In this document: positions 10,803 to 24,165 of the stretch, piece after piece | Layout of the letters: every line of letters starts with the position of its first letter | How positions within the stretch are numbered: the stretch's first letter is position 1 | Source: Candidatus Marinacidobacterales bacterium | Lineage (GTDB): Bacteria > Acidobacteriota > Vicinamibacteria > Marinacidobacterales > DATDRI01 | DNA length: 64,000 nucleotides | Direction: 5' to 3' | NCBI GenBank assembly: GCA_965219415.1 | Contig: CBDCNP010000002.1 | Span: 4,800,001 to 4,864,000 of the forward strand | Position numbers and translations under genes: made by a program | Notes under the pieces: generated by a model | Databases searched by the model: none | What the model saw: only the letters and a program-made list of their open reading frames with translations | Told to the model about the DNA's origin: nothing

Positions 10803-11783
10803 TCACGCTTCGCGGAGAATTTTTCGCGCTTCTTCATGGACACGATCTCGTAGTGAACGCGGGGAGAGGACTCGGACATTGCTTCCGAAGCTCAGAATCC
10901 ATCCGACCAGCTCTGCAGTCTCGGCGACTCGCAGCGCCATAATAACCGCCCCTCCTTTGACGCTTTTGATTTTCTGACTCGAGTGCCAGTTTCGGTCACA
11001 CACCCAAGGTGCAACAGTCCGATGGAAACTCAGCTGCACGTCGATCGGGGCTCCTCTCATGATGAGCAAGGCGTCCGCCACGTATTCTTGGACATCGAAG
11101 CCCAGGGGCATTTGGCACGGCTTGTTCGTCGTTGTTATCGACCGAATACGGTCGACGGCGAACATTCGAACGTCTCGGCGTAGATGGCAAAACCCAATCA
11201 GGTAGAGGGCACCCTGCGCGTACCAAAGGCGGTACGGATCGACGCTTCGCCGAGTCGTCACGTTCCGCGATGCGGCAAAGTACCGGATCTGAACGCTCCG
11301 CGACTGGGAGATTGCACGCGTGAGACATTCAATCGTGTTGCGATGTTCTTTGTATCTTTTGTGTGGCCCAAGCCCCACGGAGAAGAAATCTCTGAGGTGA
11401 GCGATGAAACCGGTTCCATCGGAAGGCAACACGGCAACCATCTTGTTGAATGCCGAATCCAGCGAGGATTTGAGCTCGGTACCGTCGAGCGGCCTTAGAA
11501 GATCCTTCGAGAATACAAGCGCCATAAGTTCTGTCTGGGAGAACGCGAGGCGGATTGTTCGGTCGAAGCCGTCCATGAGGCGCCATATGGTCTTGCCCCG
11601 TCTTCGTTCTGTGATGAGCGGAAACCGGGCTTCGAGCGCCTCGAGATCGCGCCGAACCGTGCGCGCGTGGCACGGATGGTCGGACGGTAAGCTGTCCACG
11701 AGCTCGTCCAGGGTCGCTCCCTTCGAGCGTTCGAGTCTCTCCAGTAAGAGCCACTGTCGAACAACCTGCGCGTTTCTGGGCAT
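10803..11783 (-). CDS. HTH-WYL transcriptional regulator
   Basis: HTH (ARTVRRDLEALE) and WYL (RRSVDPYRLW...LYLIGFCHLRRDVRMFAVDRI); likely start MPRNAQVVRQ at 11783; first gene of the cas operon. Confidence 0.9.
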   Translation of the reverse strand: MPRNAQVVRQWLLLERLERSKGATLDELVDSLPSDHPCHARTVRRDLEALEARFPLITERRRGKTIWRLMDGFDRTIRLAFSQTELMALVFSKDLLRPLDGTELKSSLDSAFNKMVAVLPSDGTGFIAHLRDFFSVGLGPHKRYKEHRNTIECLTRAISQSRSVQIRYFAASRNVTTRRSVDPYRLWYAQGALYLIGFCHLRRDVRMFAVDRIRSITTTNKPCQMPLGFDVQEYVADALLIMRGAPIDVQLSFHRTVAPWVCDRNWHSSQKIKSVKGGAVIMALRVAETAELVGWILSFGSNVRVLSPRSLRDRVHEEARKILREA

Positions 11784-11846
11784 GCAAAACCAGGATGAAA
11801 ATAAGAATGCTAGTCGAAGTGCAGAGGCTCGGCAACCGACAGAAGT

Positions 11847-12013
11847 GGTGCTTGCGCTGTCTACTGTTGGTGATGTGTACGCATCTCTTTGCAAAAGAGG
11901 CGCTTACGCTCCATTTAGCGCGCAGCGAAGGTCACGAGCGCTATTTTGGCTGTAATTTAATGCAGCGTAAAGTCTTAGCGTTATCTCACCAACACTTTAA
12001 TGGCGGAAGCACC
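11847..12013. mobile_element. About 166-bp IS1-related MITE, copy 1
   Basis: Ends GGTGCTTGCGC...GCGGAAGCACC match the TIR of the IS1-family element at 32837-34036; similar copies at 23790, 32767, 52458 and 57952. Confidence 0.85.
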
Positions 12014-12181
12014 CGCAACAGCACCCAAAACTCGCGGTCGACATTCTCGAGAGCCAGCTCGCGACGAGCCTTGAAGGCAGAGATGAGAGCGCGAACAAAC
12101 GACGAAATCATGTTGGCATGGTCCCGGCAGACCGGAGACTAACCAAGTTCCGTGCGCGCGGATGAATAAATAGAAGGCACA
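12014..12181 (-). mobile_element. Left-end remnant of an rve-transposase element (TGTGCCTTCTATTTATTCATCCGC end)
   Basis: Terminus followed by a deleted transposase start MISSFVRALISAFKARRELALEN; second copy at about 13370-13473. Confidence 0.65.
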
Positions 12182-12183
12182 GG

Positions 12184-12607
12184 CTCGCAACGTGACCATG
12201 GCAGATGTCGGCTTGCTGTCCTCGAGCCGATACCTCATTCACGACCGGGACTCGAAGTTCTGCGAGTCGTTCCACCGGACCATCGAGGCGGTTGGCGTCG
12301 CGCCCGTCAAGCTGCCCGCACGGAGCCCGGATTTGAACTCGTTCGCGGAGCGCTGGGTGAAGTCCGTCAAAGAGGAATGTCTCTCGAAGCTCATCCTGTT
12401 CGGCGAGAAGTCGCTCCGTCATGCGCTTAGGGAGTACGTCGTCTACTATCACCACGAGAGGAATCATCAAGGCAAGGAGAATCTGCTGCTGTTCCCAGCC
12501 AGCGACCCGTTACCTCAGTCCGAGCGCAAGGTGCGCTCCCGTGAACGGCTTGGCGGGTTGCTACGTTTCTACCATCGGGAAGCCGCACGAGTATTTTGAC
12601 CTCACGG
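12184..12607 (+). pseudogene. 3' fragment of an rve/DDE transposase plus right end
   Basis: Nearly identical to 50864-51289 (YLIHDRDSKF, PDLNSFAERWV). Confidence 0.85.
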
Positions 12608-12643
12608 CATCGGTAATCGCCGATCTAAGCGCCGGCGGGGCTC

Positions 12644-13249
12644 TTAGAAAACCTCGGCGACGGACCAGCGGCCGGTATCTTTGGGATAGCTGTTCGCCTC
12701 TGCTTCCACGATGCGGCCGACGCCCACGACGTGGCGTTCTTGCCCGACGTCGCAACGGGCCGCGAGCTCCGCGAGCGCCGTCGCCTCCGTCCGTCGCATG
12801 TCGAGGCTCACGAACATCGGCTCGACGCTCATGCCCGATAGGAATCTCGCACCGAGCGCGACGGGACCCTCACGCCCGGACGCCTTGTCCATCGTCAAGA
12901 GGTAGCCGCCGTAAGGCATGCCGGAGCGCGGCGGCCCGGCACGGTGGCAAAGACGATAGGGGGAAGTCTCGATCTCGAAGTCCTCGTCGCTTCCGAGCGG
13001 AAAGCTCAGGATGGGCGCGCCCGCAACGAGAAAATCGGCCTGGCCTCGACTGCCCGTGTACGCGAAGAAGGCCGTCGCGGCGCGCTCTTCCGTACCGATG
13101 GGCTCGGTCTCCCAGAGAAGACGCCCCTCGTTGTTGGCCAGGGAAATGAGCCGGATGCGGTGGACGCTCTCTCGGTCGGATCGGGTGCCCGCGCTTCGAA
13201 GCGGAAGGCGCACCGGTAGCCGGTAGTCGCCATCGTACTCGAGCTTCAC
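12644..13249 (-). CDS. Hypothetical protein, probably a fragment
   Basis: 201-aa ORF between element ends; no recognisable motif. Confidence 0.3.
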   Translation of the reverse strand: MKLEYDGDYRLPVRLPLRSAGTRSDRESVHRIRLISLANNEGRLLWETEPIGTEERAATAFFAYTGSRGQADFLVAGAPILSFPLGSDEDFEIETSPYRLCHRAGPPRSGMPYGGYLLTMDKASGREGPVALGARFLSGMSVEPMFVSLDMRRTEATALAELAARCDVGQERHVVGVGRIVEAEANSYPKDTGRWSVAEVF

Positions 13250-13484
13250 CTGCGCGAGGTGCGGCCAGTCGCCGAAGGACGGGCCTTGGGTCTAGGCCCG
13301 GGCCGCGCCTGGACCAGAACGTGTCAGCCCGCTGCGTCGCGGTAGCCCCGGCCTCGATTCTAGGCCCTCTAGAGACGAGAGCGCGAACAAACGACCAAAT
13401 CATGCCGGCATGGTCCCGGCAGACCGGAGACTAATCAAGTTCGGTGCGCGCGGATGAATAAATAGAAGGCACAGCTGTATCTGT

Positions 13485-13943
13485 TCAAACGAAGCTCTTC
13501 TGTTCATCCGTTAGATACCGTAGCCGCCTCTTTGCTTGACGCTCGAAATCCGATTCGCTGTCGGCAACGACGAATTGCGGTAACCGTTCGTTCAACTCCC
13601 GCTCATTCAACACGGATAGTTCAAAGATCATGTAGTCCAGGGCGGTACGTAGGTTCTCCACGATTTGCGTAACCAAGACCCTTGGCTTACCTCTCACATT
13701 GCTTTCCTTCGGACGCCTCAGTTGGAGCACGAAGTTCCCAGTCTTGCGGTCTAACCCCTTCACCATACCCTTCACGTAGTTGTACAAGAACTCGTCCATC
13801 TCGCGTGCCAGGGAAATATAGTTCTCCTTGGCTTGGTCTATCCGGGCCAAGGCATCCGCCAGTTCTGGTGGTGCTTCGTGCATATCCGGGCATGCGTTCA
13901 TCTTCTGATGGTACCCTTCTGTACAGATCTGACTAGCGATCAC
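13485..13943 (-). CDS. Hypothetical protein downstream of hsdR, probably 3'-truncated
   Basis: Follows hsdR; [11 protein letters not shown] helix; ends 11 bp from an element terminus at 13473. Confidence 0.5.
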   Translation of the reverse strand: MIASQICTEGYHQKMNACPDMHEAPPELADALARIDQAKENYISLAREMDEFLYNYVKGMVKGLDRKTGNFVLQLRRPKESNVRGKPRVLVTQIVENLRTALDYMIFELSVLNERELNERLPQFVVADSESDFERQAKRRLRYLTDEQKSFV

Positions 13944-16900
13944 GCTGCCCAGCCAGCCGACAGCACCTCCGCTTGTTCGAGCACCGTCCGCGTAGCCTTC
14001 TCCTGCTTGTCGGGTGGGTAACCGTGCTTGCGCAGAATGCGCTTCACCAGCCTACGGAGATTGGCGCGAACGTTCTCGCGAAGTGTCCAGTCGATCGTGA
14101 CGTTGCCGCGTACAGTCGCGACCAACTCACGAGCAATGTCTCGCAGGGTCTCGTCACCGAGCACCTGCACCGCGCTGTCGTTGGTCTCAAGCGCATCGTA
14201 AAAGGCGAGTTCATCGTCCGACAGCCTGAGCTTTTCGCCGCGCGCGTTCGCTTCGCGCATGTGGCGGGCAAGTTGGATCAATTCCTCAATGACCTGCGCA
14301 GCCTCAACGGCCCGGTTCTGGTAACGGCGGATGGTCTGCTCCAGCATTTCGGCGAAGGACCGCGCCTGGACGACATTCTTTTGCCGGCGGACGGCCAACT
14401 CACCTTTCAACAACTTCTGCAACAGTTCCACAGCGAGGTTGCGCTGTTTCATGCCTCGTACCTCGGCCAGGAACTCCTCAGACAGAATCGAAATATCGGG
14501 TTTCTCTAGACCGGCAGCAGCGAAGATGTCGACGACCCCTTCCGAGGCCACCGCCCATGACACGATCTGCCGAACGGCGTAGTCCAGCTCTTCCTCAGGA
14601 CGCACCTCTCCTTCGGCGCGCTTGGCCAGTACCGACCGGACGGCCTGGAAGAACGCCACGTCGTCGCGAATGCGAATCGCATCCTCGTGCGGCACGGCAA
14701 GGGCGAATGCCTGGGAGAGTTCACGCACGGCCTGCAGGCAACGCTCCTTGCCGTTCTCCTGCGCCAGAATGTGTTCCTGCGCTGCCGGCAGCAGGCCGAC
14801 ACGTTCTGCCGGTGTCCCGTCGATCCAACCGGAATAGTCGAAGCCGTAGAACAGGCCGCGGCAGACCTCGTACTTTTCCAACATCACCGCCACAGCTTCC
14901 GCTTGATCGAGAGCGGTCTTCCCGGTGCCGCCGCTCTCGGTGTAGGTCGCAAGCGCACGTTTGAGTTCATGCGCCAGCCCGAGATAGTCGACCACCAAGC
15001 CGCCCGGCTTGTCCCGGAAGACGCGATTCACCCGCGCGATCGCCTGCATCAGTCCGTGGCCGCGCATCGGCTTGTCAACATACATGGTGTGCAGGCTCGG
15101 CGCATCGAATCCGGTCAGCCACATGTCGCGTACGAGCACGATCTGAAACGGATCTCCGGTGTCGCGGAACCGGTTCGCGAGCGCCTCGCGGCGAGGCTTG
15201 TTGCGGATATGGGGCTGCCAGTCGGGCGGGTCAGAAGCGCCGCCGGTCATCACAACCTTGATGCTCCCCTTGTCATCCTTCTCGTGATGCCAACTCGGGC
15301 GTAAACGAATCAGCTCGCGGTAGAGGTCAATACAGATGCGACGGCTCATGCACACAACCATCGCCTTGCCCTCCATGGCCTCGATACGTCTCTCGAAATG
15401 AGAAACGAAATCCTGGGCGACCAGTGCGAGGCGGTGCCCGGAGCCGATGATTGCCTCTAGCTGTGCCCATTTGGTCTTGAGCTTCTCCTTGTGGTCGACC
15501 TCCTCGCCCTCAGTCGCCTCCTCGAAGTCGGGATCAATGTTCAGCTTCTCGCTTTCGTCCAGCGCCAGCTTGGCAAGCCGGCTCTCGTAGTAGATCGGCA
15601 CGGTCGCTCGGTCCTCGACCGCACGCTGGATGTCATAGACGCTGATGTAGTCGCCAAACACCGCGCGCGTGTTGGCGTCCTCCAGCTCAATCGGCGTGCC
15701 GGTGAAACCGATGAACGACGCGTTGGGGAGTGCATCCCGCATGTGACGGGCGAAGCCGTCAATGAAGTCGTACTGGCTCCGGTGCGCCTCGTCGGCAATC
15801 ACAACGATGTTGCGCCGGTCAGACAGCAGCGGGTGCCGGTCTCCCTTCTCTTCGTGGAAAAACTTCTGGATGGTCGTGAACACCACGCCGCCCGATTCAA
15901 CCGTAAGCTTGGCGCGCAGATCGGCCCGGCTCTCGGCCTGAACCGGTGGTTGCCGCAACAGGTCCTGGCAGCGCGCGAAAGTCCCAAAGAGCTGGTCGTC
16001 AAGGTCGTTGCGGTCGGTCAACACGACGATGGTGGGGTTTTCCATCGCCGGTTCGCGAATGATCCGCCCGGCATAGAAGGCCATGGTCAGACTCTTGCCC
16101 GAACCTTGGGTGTGCCATACGACGCCGATGCGATGGTCGCCGGGATCGCCACCCGGCCTGCGGCCGGACTCGTGGCCGCCGGGTTCCTTGCCGAAGACCG
16201 CAGCCCGTTGCAGTTCGGCCGCCCGCAACGTCTCGTCAATGGCTGTGCCGACGGCGTGGAACTGGTGGTAGCCGGCCATTTTCTTCGTCAGAACCCCGCT
16301 GCCGTCATCCTCGAACACGATGAAGTCCCGAACCAGCGTCAAGAACCGGTGCTGGTCACACACACCCGCGAGCATCACCTGCAACTGGGGCAGGTGTGGA
16401 TCGGCAAGGGTCTCGCCCGTAGTCGTGCGCCAGGGCTTGAACCACTCCCGGCCTGCGGTGAGCGTCCCGATTCGCGCCTCGACCCCGTCCGAAACGATCA
16501 GCGCTGCGTTGAAAGCAAAGAGCGCCGGTAGCTCGGCCTTATAGGTCTGGAGCTGCTGCCAGGCCGTCCAGACCGTGGCGTCCTCGTCCGCCGGATTCTT
16601 GAGTTCGATCAGTCCGAGCGGGAGGCCGTTGACGAACAACACGATGTCAGGCCGACGCTCGTGCCTGTCCTCGACGACGGTGAACTGGTTGACCGCAAGC
16701 CAGTCGTTGTTGACGGGGTCGTCGAAATCGATCACCTGGGCCTGTGCGCCTCGGATCGCGCCGTTATCTCTGCGGTATTCGACCGTCACGCCATCCACGA
16801 GCATGCGGTGGAAGGCGCGGTTGCGCGCTTCCAGTGTTGCGCTTTCCGGGCGGGTCAGTCTGCGGAAGGCATCCTCCAGCGCATCCGTAGAGAGACTGGG

Positions 16901-17083
16901 GTTGAGCCGGGCGAGCGCATCACGCAGACGCCCCTCCAGCACGACCTCGCGGTATTCGGCGCGCTCAGCGCCCGGCGTATCGGGGGCGATGCCGGGACCG
17001 TTTGCAACTGTCCAGCCGGAACTTTCGAGCCAGGCGAGGGTGGCTTGCTCGACGACGGATTCCGTAACGCCACGGTCGCTCAT
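13940..17083 (-). CDS. hsdR: Type I restriction endonuclease subunit R
   Basis: [57 protein letters not shown] and a DUF3387-type C-terminus. Confidence 0.97.
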   Translation of the reverse strand: MSDRGVTESVVEQATLAWLESSGWTVANGPGIAPDTPGAERAEYREVVLEGRLRDALARLNPSLSTDALEDAFRRLTRPESATLEARNRAFHRMLVDGVTVEYRRDNGAIRGAQAQVIDFDDPVNNDWLAVNQFTVVEDRHERRPDIVLFVNGLPLGLIELKNPADEDATVWTAWQQLQTYKAELPALFAFNAALIVSDGVEARIGTLTAGREWFKPWRTTTGETLADPHLPQLQVMLAGVCDQHRFLTLVRDFIVFEDDGSGVLTKKMAGYHQFHAVGTAIDETLRAAELQRAAVFGKEPGGHESGRRPGGDPGDHRIGVVWHTQGSGKSLTMAFYAGRIIREPAMENPTIVVLTDRNDLDDQLFGTFARCQDLLRQPPVQAESRADLRAKLTVESGGVVFTTIQKFFHEEKGDRHPLLSDRRNIVVIADEAHRSQYDFIDGFARHMRDALPNASFIGFTGTPIELEDANTRAVFGDYISVYDIQRAVEDRATVPIYYESRLAKLALDESEKLNIDPDFEEATEGEEVDHKEKLKTKWAQLEAIIGSGHRLALVAQDFVSHFERRIEAMEGKAMVVCMSRRICIDLYRELIRLRPSWHHEKDDKGSIKVVMTGGASDPPDWQPHIRNKPRREALANRFRDTGDPFQIVLVRDMWLTGFDAPSLHTMYVDKPMRGHGLMQAIARVNRVFRDKPGGLVVDYLGLAHELKRALATYTESGGTGKTALDQAEAVAVMLEKYEVCRGLFYGFDYSGWIDGTPAERVGLLPAAQEHILAQENGKERCLQAVRELSQAFALAVPHEDAIRIRDDVAFFQAVRSVLAKRAEGEVRPEEELDYAVRQIVSWAVASEGVVDIFAAAGLEKPDISILSEEFLAEVRGMKQRNLAVELLQKLLKGELAVRRQKNVVQARSFAEMLEQTIRRYQNRAVEAAQVIEELIQLARHMREANARGEKLRLSDDELAFYDALETNDSAVQVLGDETLRDIARELVATVRGNVTIDWTLRENVRANLRRLVKRILRKHGYPPDKQEKATRTVLEQAEVLSAGWAA

Positions 17084-17770
17084 GGCGGTGCGCCTTCTTT
17101 GTCGTCTGCGACCGTCGTTTCAGAATCGTTGTCGTCGAACTCGGCGAGGTAAATGCGGTATGATTCCGGCTCCATCTTGAATAACACCTCACTCGGCCGG
17201 AACGACACGCCAAAGACTGTGAATGGCCCGAAGGACTCATCCACGTGATCGTTAAAGGCGACATTGTCGTCGAAGGTTGGTCCGGTTGGGGGTGCCGGTG
17301 TGCGGCCCCGACGGTGCACGCGGTGGAGGAAGCCGACGATGGCGTCTGTGGCCTCAGCTACGAGCAGGGCCTGAACCGCTTCCATTACCGGGCGCGGTTC
17401 GTCCGAGCCGTGCGAGGCGAAGCCGCACTGGTTGCGCAGTTCGCATATGCCCTGAATGGCAGTGCTCAGCCCGCCGAGGGTCTGCTTTAGGCTCTTACGT
17501 ACCTCGCCCGCGTCGCTCGTAGTCGCGGGCAGGAACGGCAGATTCTGGGAGGCTAACTTGAAAAGCTTGGGTAGATCATCTGTGGCGGCATAGGGGACAG
17601 AACGTTCGCTGAGGACGGTGCGGCACGTGCTCTCAATGAGCGTCTTGGGCCGGGATTTCCGACGCAGGACTGTTCGATGCCCTTCACTTGTTCCTTGATA
17701 TGCGCGAAGCCGCTGGCCATTGCGTCGCGTGCACCATGCATGACGAATGGGGCGATTACGGCATCGGTCA

Positions 17771-17771
<1 letters not shown>
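17080..17771 (-). pseudogene. Abortive-infection (Abi_C-like) protein, frameshifted near 17650
   Basis: N-part MTDAVIAPF...IEQ starts at 17771 overlapping the hsdS stop; C-part KTLIESTC...ELRNQCGFASHG is in another frame and ends overlapping the hsdR start. Confidence 0.75.
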
Positions 17772-19475
<1,704 letters not shown>

Positions 19476-19483
<8 letters not shown>

Positions 19484-19898
19484 CGTCTGTCTCTTCGATC
19501 ACGCCGGCAAGCGCCTTGGCATCTACAATAAAGTCCGGCAACAACTTCAGCGTGGTTTCGGCGAAGCCTTCGCCGTAGTCGTGCGCGGTGTCGTTGCGAT
19601 TGTCGCGATATTGAAGCCACCGCTCGCAGGCGTCCGGGTCGATCAGGCCGTGCTTGGCGGCATACCGGAAGAGATCCTTGAAGGCCAGACGATCCGCCTG
19701 GCGGTTGCTGGCAAAAAAGGCAGCGAGACGCTTCTTTAGCAGCTTACCGCTCTGCTCCAGGACGATTTCGAACTCCTTGACGCAGGCCGCACGGTAGATA
19801 TCATAGGCAATGTCGCTTGGATCGCTGCGCGTCAGTTCGTCCAAGGCGCGTTCCAGCGTATCGAGGCAGCGTCGGAGGAACGTCGTGTCGATGCTCAT
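19476..19898 (-). CDS. HEPN-domain nucleotidyltransferase substrate-binding protein (HI0074/HepT-like)
   Basis: RAACVKEFE...; R-x4-H-x-Y motif RNDTAHDY; overlaps both neighbours. Confidence 0.88.
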
Positions 19899-21484
19899 GA
19901 TCTAGAGCCTCCAAACCCCAACGTCTTCAGGGTTTCCGAGATCGTAGCGTCGAGCCGTGCCGCCTTGGCCTGCTGCTCCCGCAGTCGGTCGACCAACCGT
20001 TTCATCTTGTCTTCGAAAGGCTCGCCGTCGTCCTCCTGCGGCTCCGCACCGACATAGCGGCCCGGAGTCAGCACATGGCCGTGCCCGCGGACTTCATCCA
20101 GCGAAGCGCTCTTGCAAAAGCCGGGGATGTCGGCATAGCCGTTGTCATCCTCTCCGGTGCGCCAGGCATGGTAGGTGTCGGCGATGCGGGTAATATCCTC
20201 GTCGGTCAGCTCACGATGCGTCCGGTCCACCATCCGGCCGAGCTTCCGCGCATCAATGAAAAGGATCTCACCGCCACGCTTGCGTCGGCGCGCCAGAAAC
20301 CACAGACAAGCGGGAATCTGGGTCGAATAGAAAAGCTGGCCCGGCAACGCGACCATGCAATCGACCAGATCGACCTCGATCAGGTTCTTCCGAATCTCCC
20401 CCTCGCCCGACTGATTCGATGACATCGAACCGTTGGCAAGCACGAATCCGGCAACGCCGGCGGGGGCTAGATGGTGAACCATGTGCTGCACCCAGGCGAA
20501 GTTGGCGTTGCCCTTGGGCGGGACACCGTATTGCCAGCGCTTGTCCTCAGCCAATCGTTCGCCTCCCCAGTCAGAGACGTTAAACGGTGGATTTGCGAGA
20601 ATGAAGTCGGCTTTCAGGTCCGGATGGCGGTCGTTATGGAAGCTGTTGCCGTGGGCAATCTGTCCCTCGATCCCCCGAATGGCCAAGTTCATCTTCGCGA
20701 GCCGCCACGTCGTGTAGTTCGATTCCTGACCGTAGATCGAGATGTCGCCACGCGCCTTGCCACCGTTTCCATTTCCACTGGCGTGGGCGCGAATGAATTC
20801 GATCGACTGCACGAACATGCCCGAGGAGCCGCAGCACGGATCGTACACCCGGCCCTTATACGGCTTCAGCATCTCGACCAGGAGCTTCACGACGCAGCGT
20901 GGGGTGTAGAACTCACCGCCCTTCTTGCCCTCGGCACCCGCAAACTGTGAGAGGAAGTACTCGTAAACGCGGCCAAGCACATCACGGGAACGGGCTTCGG
21001 CATCGCCGACGCGAATATTGCCGATCATGTCGATCAACTGGCCGAGACGTTGCTTATCGAGCGCAGGGCGGGCGTAGTCCTTAGGCAGCACGTCCTTGAG
21101 CGCTGGGTTGTCCCGCTCAATGCCGGCCATCGCGCCGTCGACGAGCTGACCGATGGTGGGTTGTCGTGCCTGAGACTTGATTTGGCTCCAGCGGGCCTCA
21201 AGAGGTACCCAGAAGATGTTTTGTGCGCGGTACTCGTCCGGGTCCTCCGGATCGGCGCCCTGAGCTACCTCGCCTTCGAGGCGCACATGCATCTCCTCGA
21301 AGGCGTCCGAGATGTACTTCAAGAAGATGAGGCCGAGGACGACGTGCTTATATTCCGCCGCGTCCATCGAGCCGCGTAGGGCATCGGCCATTCCCCACAG
21401 CGCGGCTTCATGGCCGGTCGTTGCGCCGCTGTCAGAATGGGTGCTCTCAGTCTTTCCCGCTTTCTTCTGTCTCCCACGCGCCAT
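19895..21484 (-). CDS. hsdM: Type I R-M methyltransferase subunit M
   Basis: [28 protein letters not shown] and NPPF motifs. Confidence 0.97.
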   Translation of the reverse strand: MARGRQKKAGKTESTHSDSGATTGHEAALWGMADALRGSMDAAEYKHVVLGLIFLKYISDAFEEMHVRLEGEVAQGADPEDPDEYRAQNIFWVPLEARWSQIKSQARQPTIGQLVDGAMAGIERDNPALKDVLPKDYARPALDKQRLGQLIDMIGNIRVGDAEARSRDVLGRVYEYFLSQFAGAEGKKGGEFYTPRCVVKLLVEMLKPYKGRVYDPCCGSSGMFVQSIEFIRAHASGNGNGGKARGDISIYGQESNYTTWRLAKMNLAIRGIEGQIAHGNSFHNDRHPDLKADFILANPPFNVSDWGGERLAEDKRWQYGVPPKGNANFAWVQHMVHHLAPAGVAGFVLANGSMSSNQSGEGEIRKNLIEVDLVDCMVALPGQLFYSTQIPACLWFLARRRKRGGEILFIDARKLGRMVDRTHRELTDEDITRIADTYHAWRTGEDDNGYADIPGFCKSASLDEVRGHGHVLTPGRYVGAEPQEDDGEPFEDKMKRLVDRLREQQAKAARLDATISETLKTLGFGGSRS

Positions 21485-21689
21485 ATTGCGATGCTCCCTA
21501 TATCGTTACGCTACCGGCACCGGCCGCTCGACCTGGATCCGGTGGGCGTTCTTCATCGCTAGAGCCAGTTCCCAAGCCGATTGTAGTCTAACCACGTTTC
21601 CTTTTCGCCGTACGCCTCGTCGAGGCGGATCGTCATCTCCTGGGAGATTCCAGAGTCGGCAATCGACGATATCCGGAAACTAATTGCGG

Positions 21690-21860
21690 CAGACCCGCCA
21701 CCCTCCCGAGCGAAGATCTGGATTCGAGACATAGAGGTAACTTGAGGTCAGCCCAACGGGCCGGCGGCTGTCGACAATGGCACGGACGAGGTCGAGCTGA
21801 GAGGCCCGGATTGCACGCTGCCCTTCCCCGGGCAGGAGTTCATCACGCCGTCCGTTCCGC
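21690..21860 (-). pseudogene. Degenerate remnant of a large serine recombinase C-terminus
   Basis: GAGGTCAGCCCAACGGGC...GACAATGGCACGGACGA closely resembles 61200-61245 inside the recombinase fragment. Confidence 0.45.
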
Positions 21861-21961
21861 TGATCAGGCTATCAGGCAGTTGTGTCGATGGAACCGGCAA
21901 AGAGCCAGGGAGCAGGAAGTGACGATGAACAAAATCGTCTCAAGCCATGCCGGACCCTGGT

Positions 21962-22325
21962 TGAGGCCAAATCCTAGACAAGTAAAGATATTAAGGATGT
22001 CCAGGCAGACATGGACCAGAACGTGCTAGCCCGCTACGCCACGGTAGCCCTGGCCTCGATTCTGGACCCCTCGGGTGGCCTCTTTTCCGACGCTGCACGG
22101 CCCGGTCAGCGGCCCGCTCCCCCCTTTGGCGCAAACGTGGCACTCGAAAATCGAGATTAGAGACGAAATCCGAAGATGAGGCCAGTTCAGCCCTTCTAGC
22201 GCGTCTCTGGTGACACCTACCTCTGCAAAACCCCGCCAACCGCGCGGAAAATCTCACCCGTCTCTGCAGTGCCGCAATTGGCCAGACTGGGTGGCGGATG
22301 GTGAAGTCTGGAGCTATCCGGTCTC
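21962..22325. repeat. About 365-bp dispersed repeat, copy 1
   Basis: Direct-orientation copy at 60246-60610; partial copy near 13305-13370. Confidence 0.85.
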
Positions 22326-22618
22326 ACTGGAATCCGTAAAAACAGGGCATTAAGAGTCCAGAAATCCGAAAAAGTGGCCCCAGTCCCCGACAGTTCCTTC
22401 CAGAATGAAGACACTCGACAATGAGCCGCGCGGGGTAAGAAGGGCCGCTCAGGGTCCATTTTTTTAATTTTTTGGGTATAACATGGGGCCAATCTAATGG
22501 AATCACAGGAAGCCCCGGAAAAATCTCCCTCTGACAGCATTCCTGATATCCTGTATTCGTTTTTTGTTCTTTTTAGTGGAGGTTGACTTTCAGGCGGTAT
22601 CGCCGTAGCTTATAGGAC

Positions 22619-23211
22619 ATGGCCGGCAGGAAAACGAAGCTTACGCCTGAACGTAAGGAGAAGATTCTCGAATGTGTTCGGGCCGGGATGAGCAACAGGG
22701 CTACCGCAAAGATGGTAGGAATAACGGAGCAGACCCTCTCCAATTGGCTCACACGGGGCGAGAAGGCCAAGAGTGGTTCATTTCTTGATTTTTTTTTCAG
22801 TCTTTCCGGTCGGCCGAGGGAGACTTCGAGCTGTCGAACCTCGAGATCATTCGGCGGAGTTCCAGGGAAGAGACGAAGATCCTTCGCCAAAAGGTCAGAT
22901 ACAAGGGTGGCCAAGTGGTGCAAGGGAAGCTAGTGAATGGAGAGGTCGACGTCGCGGAGACAATAACAGAGACTCGTTCACCGTCGGCAAAGGGTGCTAT
23001 GTGGCTGCTCGCGCGGCGGTTTCCGAAGGAGTGGGGGCAACCGCAACTAGAGCAAGAAGAAGCTCGCGAAGGAGAAGCTCACGATGAAAAACCCCGGGTC
23101 GTATACTACTTACCGGAAAATGGGCGTAGGCGGAAAATGCCGGGGGACGAGATCGTGCAATTGCCAGAAGAAAAGCGAAATGGCTCAACGCGGTTAGAAG
23201 GAGATGAATGA
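22619..23211 (+). pseudogene. Phage-type HTH / terminase-small-subunit-like gene, frameshifted at a T9 run
   Basis: MAGRKTKLTPERKEKILECVRAG...TLSNWL; after T9 (22789-22797) another frame continues QSFRSAEGDFELSNLEIIRR...AMWLLARRFPKEWG. Confidence 0.65.
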
Positions 23212-23789
23212 CGAATGAGCCAACCGGCAAAATCCCCCTTTGGTGCCCAGAATCCGCGCCAATCCTCACTATTGTCCAAAAAGTAGCAAAATGCTGAAGG
23301 CACCCGATGTGCTGCGGAGTATTCAGAAGGCGCCATTCGCGGCGAGTCATCCAGTAGACGAGTTCGGGCATCCGCGTCCGACTGCATAGAGTCCGTGTCC
23401 GCCCCGCCTATCGCGGAGCACCCGTGGCCAAATCACGGCGGAGGACAACGATGGAGGCTGATCAGAAGCCCGCTGCGCCGGACGGTTCCCCCGCTGCTGC
23501 CCAGGGTGCCGACTATAATAATGATGAAGGACACGCAACCGATGCACCGATGGGTGCTTCCGCAGTCAAGTGTTGGCGGCCGCCGCGTAACCTGTTCGCG
23601 TACTTAGAGTTTTAGCCTGATTTCGATAGACGCAGTTCTTTCGTCGATGCCGGCTGGGCCGAGTTTTGGCCGTGAGGTCAAAATACTCATGCGGCTTCCC
23701 GATGGTAGAAACGTAGCAGCCTGCCAAGCCGTTCACGGGAGCGCACCTTGCACTCGAACTGAGGTAACTGGTTGCTAGCTGAGAACAGC

Positions 23790-23955
23790 GGTGCTTGCGC
23801 CGTTTACTGTTGGTGATGTGTACGCATCCCTTTGCAAAAAAAGCGCTTACGATCCATTTAGCGCGCGGCGAAGGTCGTGAGCGCTATTTTGGCTGTAATT
23901 TAACGCAGCGTAAAGTCTTAGCGTCATCTCACCAACACTTAATGGCGGAAGCACC
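23790..23955. mobile_element. IS1-related MITE, copy 2
   Basis: Same sequence and orientation as 11847-12013. Confidence 0.85.
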
Positions 23956-24165
23956 CCCTCGGCGGGCTCGACCGGCGTAGCGTGGAAACCGCTTCAGGAA
24001 CACGCTTCGATATTCGCTCTCGACTAGGAGGTCATCTGCATGGTGACGACCCGCCCGCCCAAGACGATTGTAAAGCCCACGGCCCTTGGCCCGGTCGCAA
24101 ACACAGACACTAAGTTGCTGATTTATGGCCTATTTCAAAAGGGCCGAGTTTTGGCACAGGACGGG
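23956..24165. mobile_element. Right arm of the long-TIR rve element
   Basis: Matches 36582-36792. Confidence 0.8.

Noticed and set aside
1179-12607. CRISPR-associated transposon (transposase next to the cas operon)
   Set aside because: No TniQ or TnsC; Cas3 and the adaptation module are intact; the adjacent transposase is a fragment of an IS found elsewhere in the window
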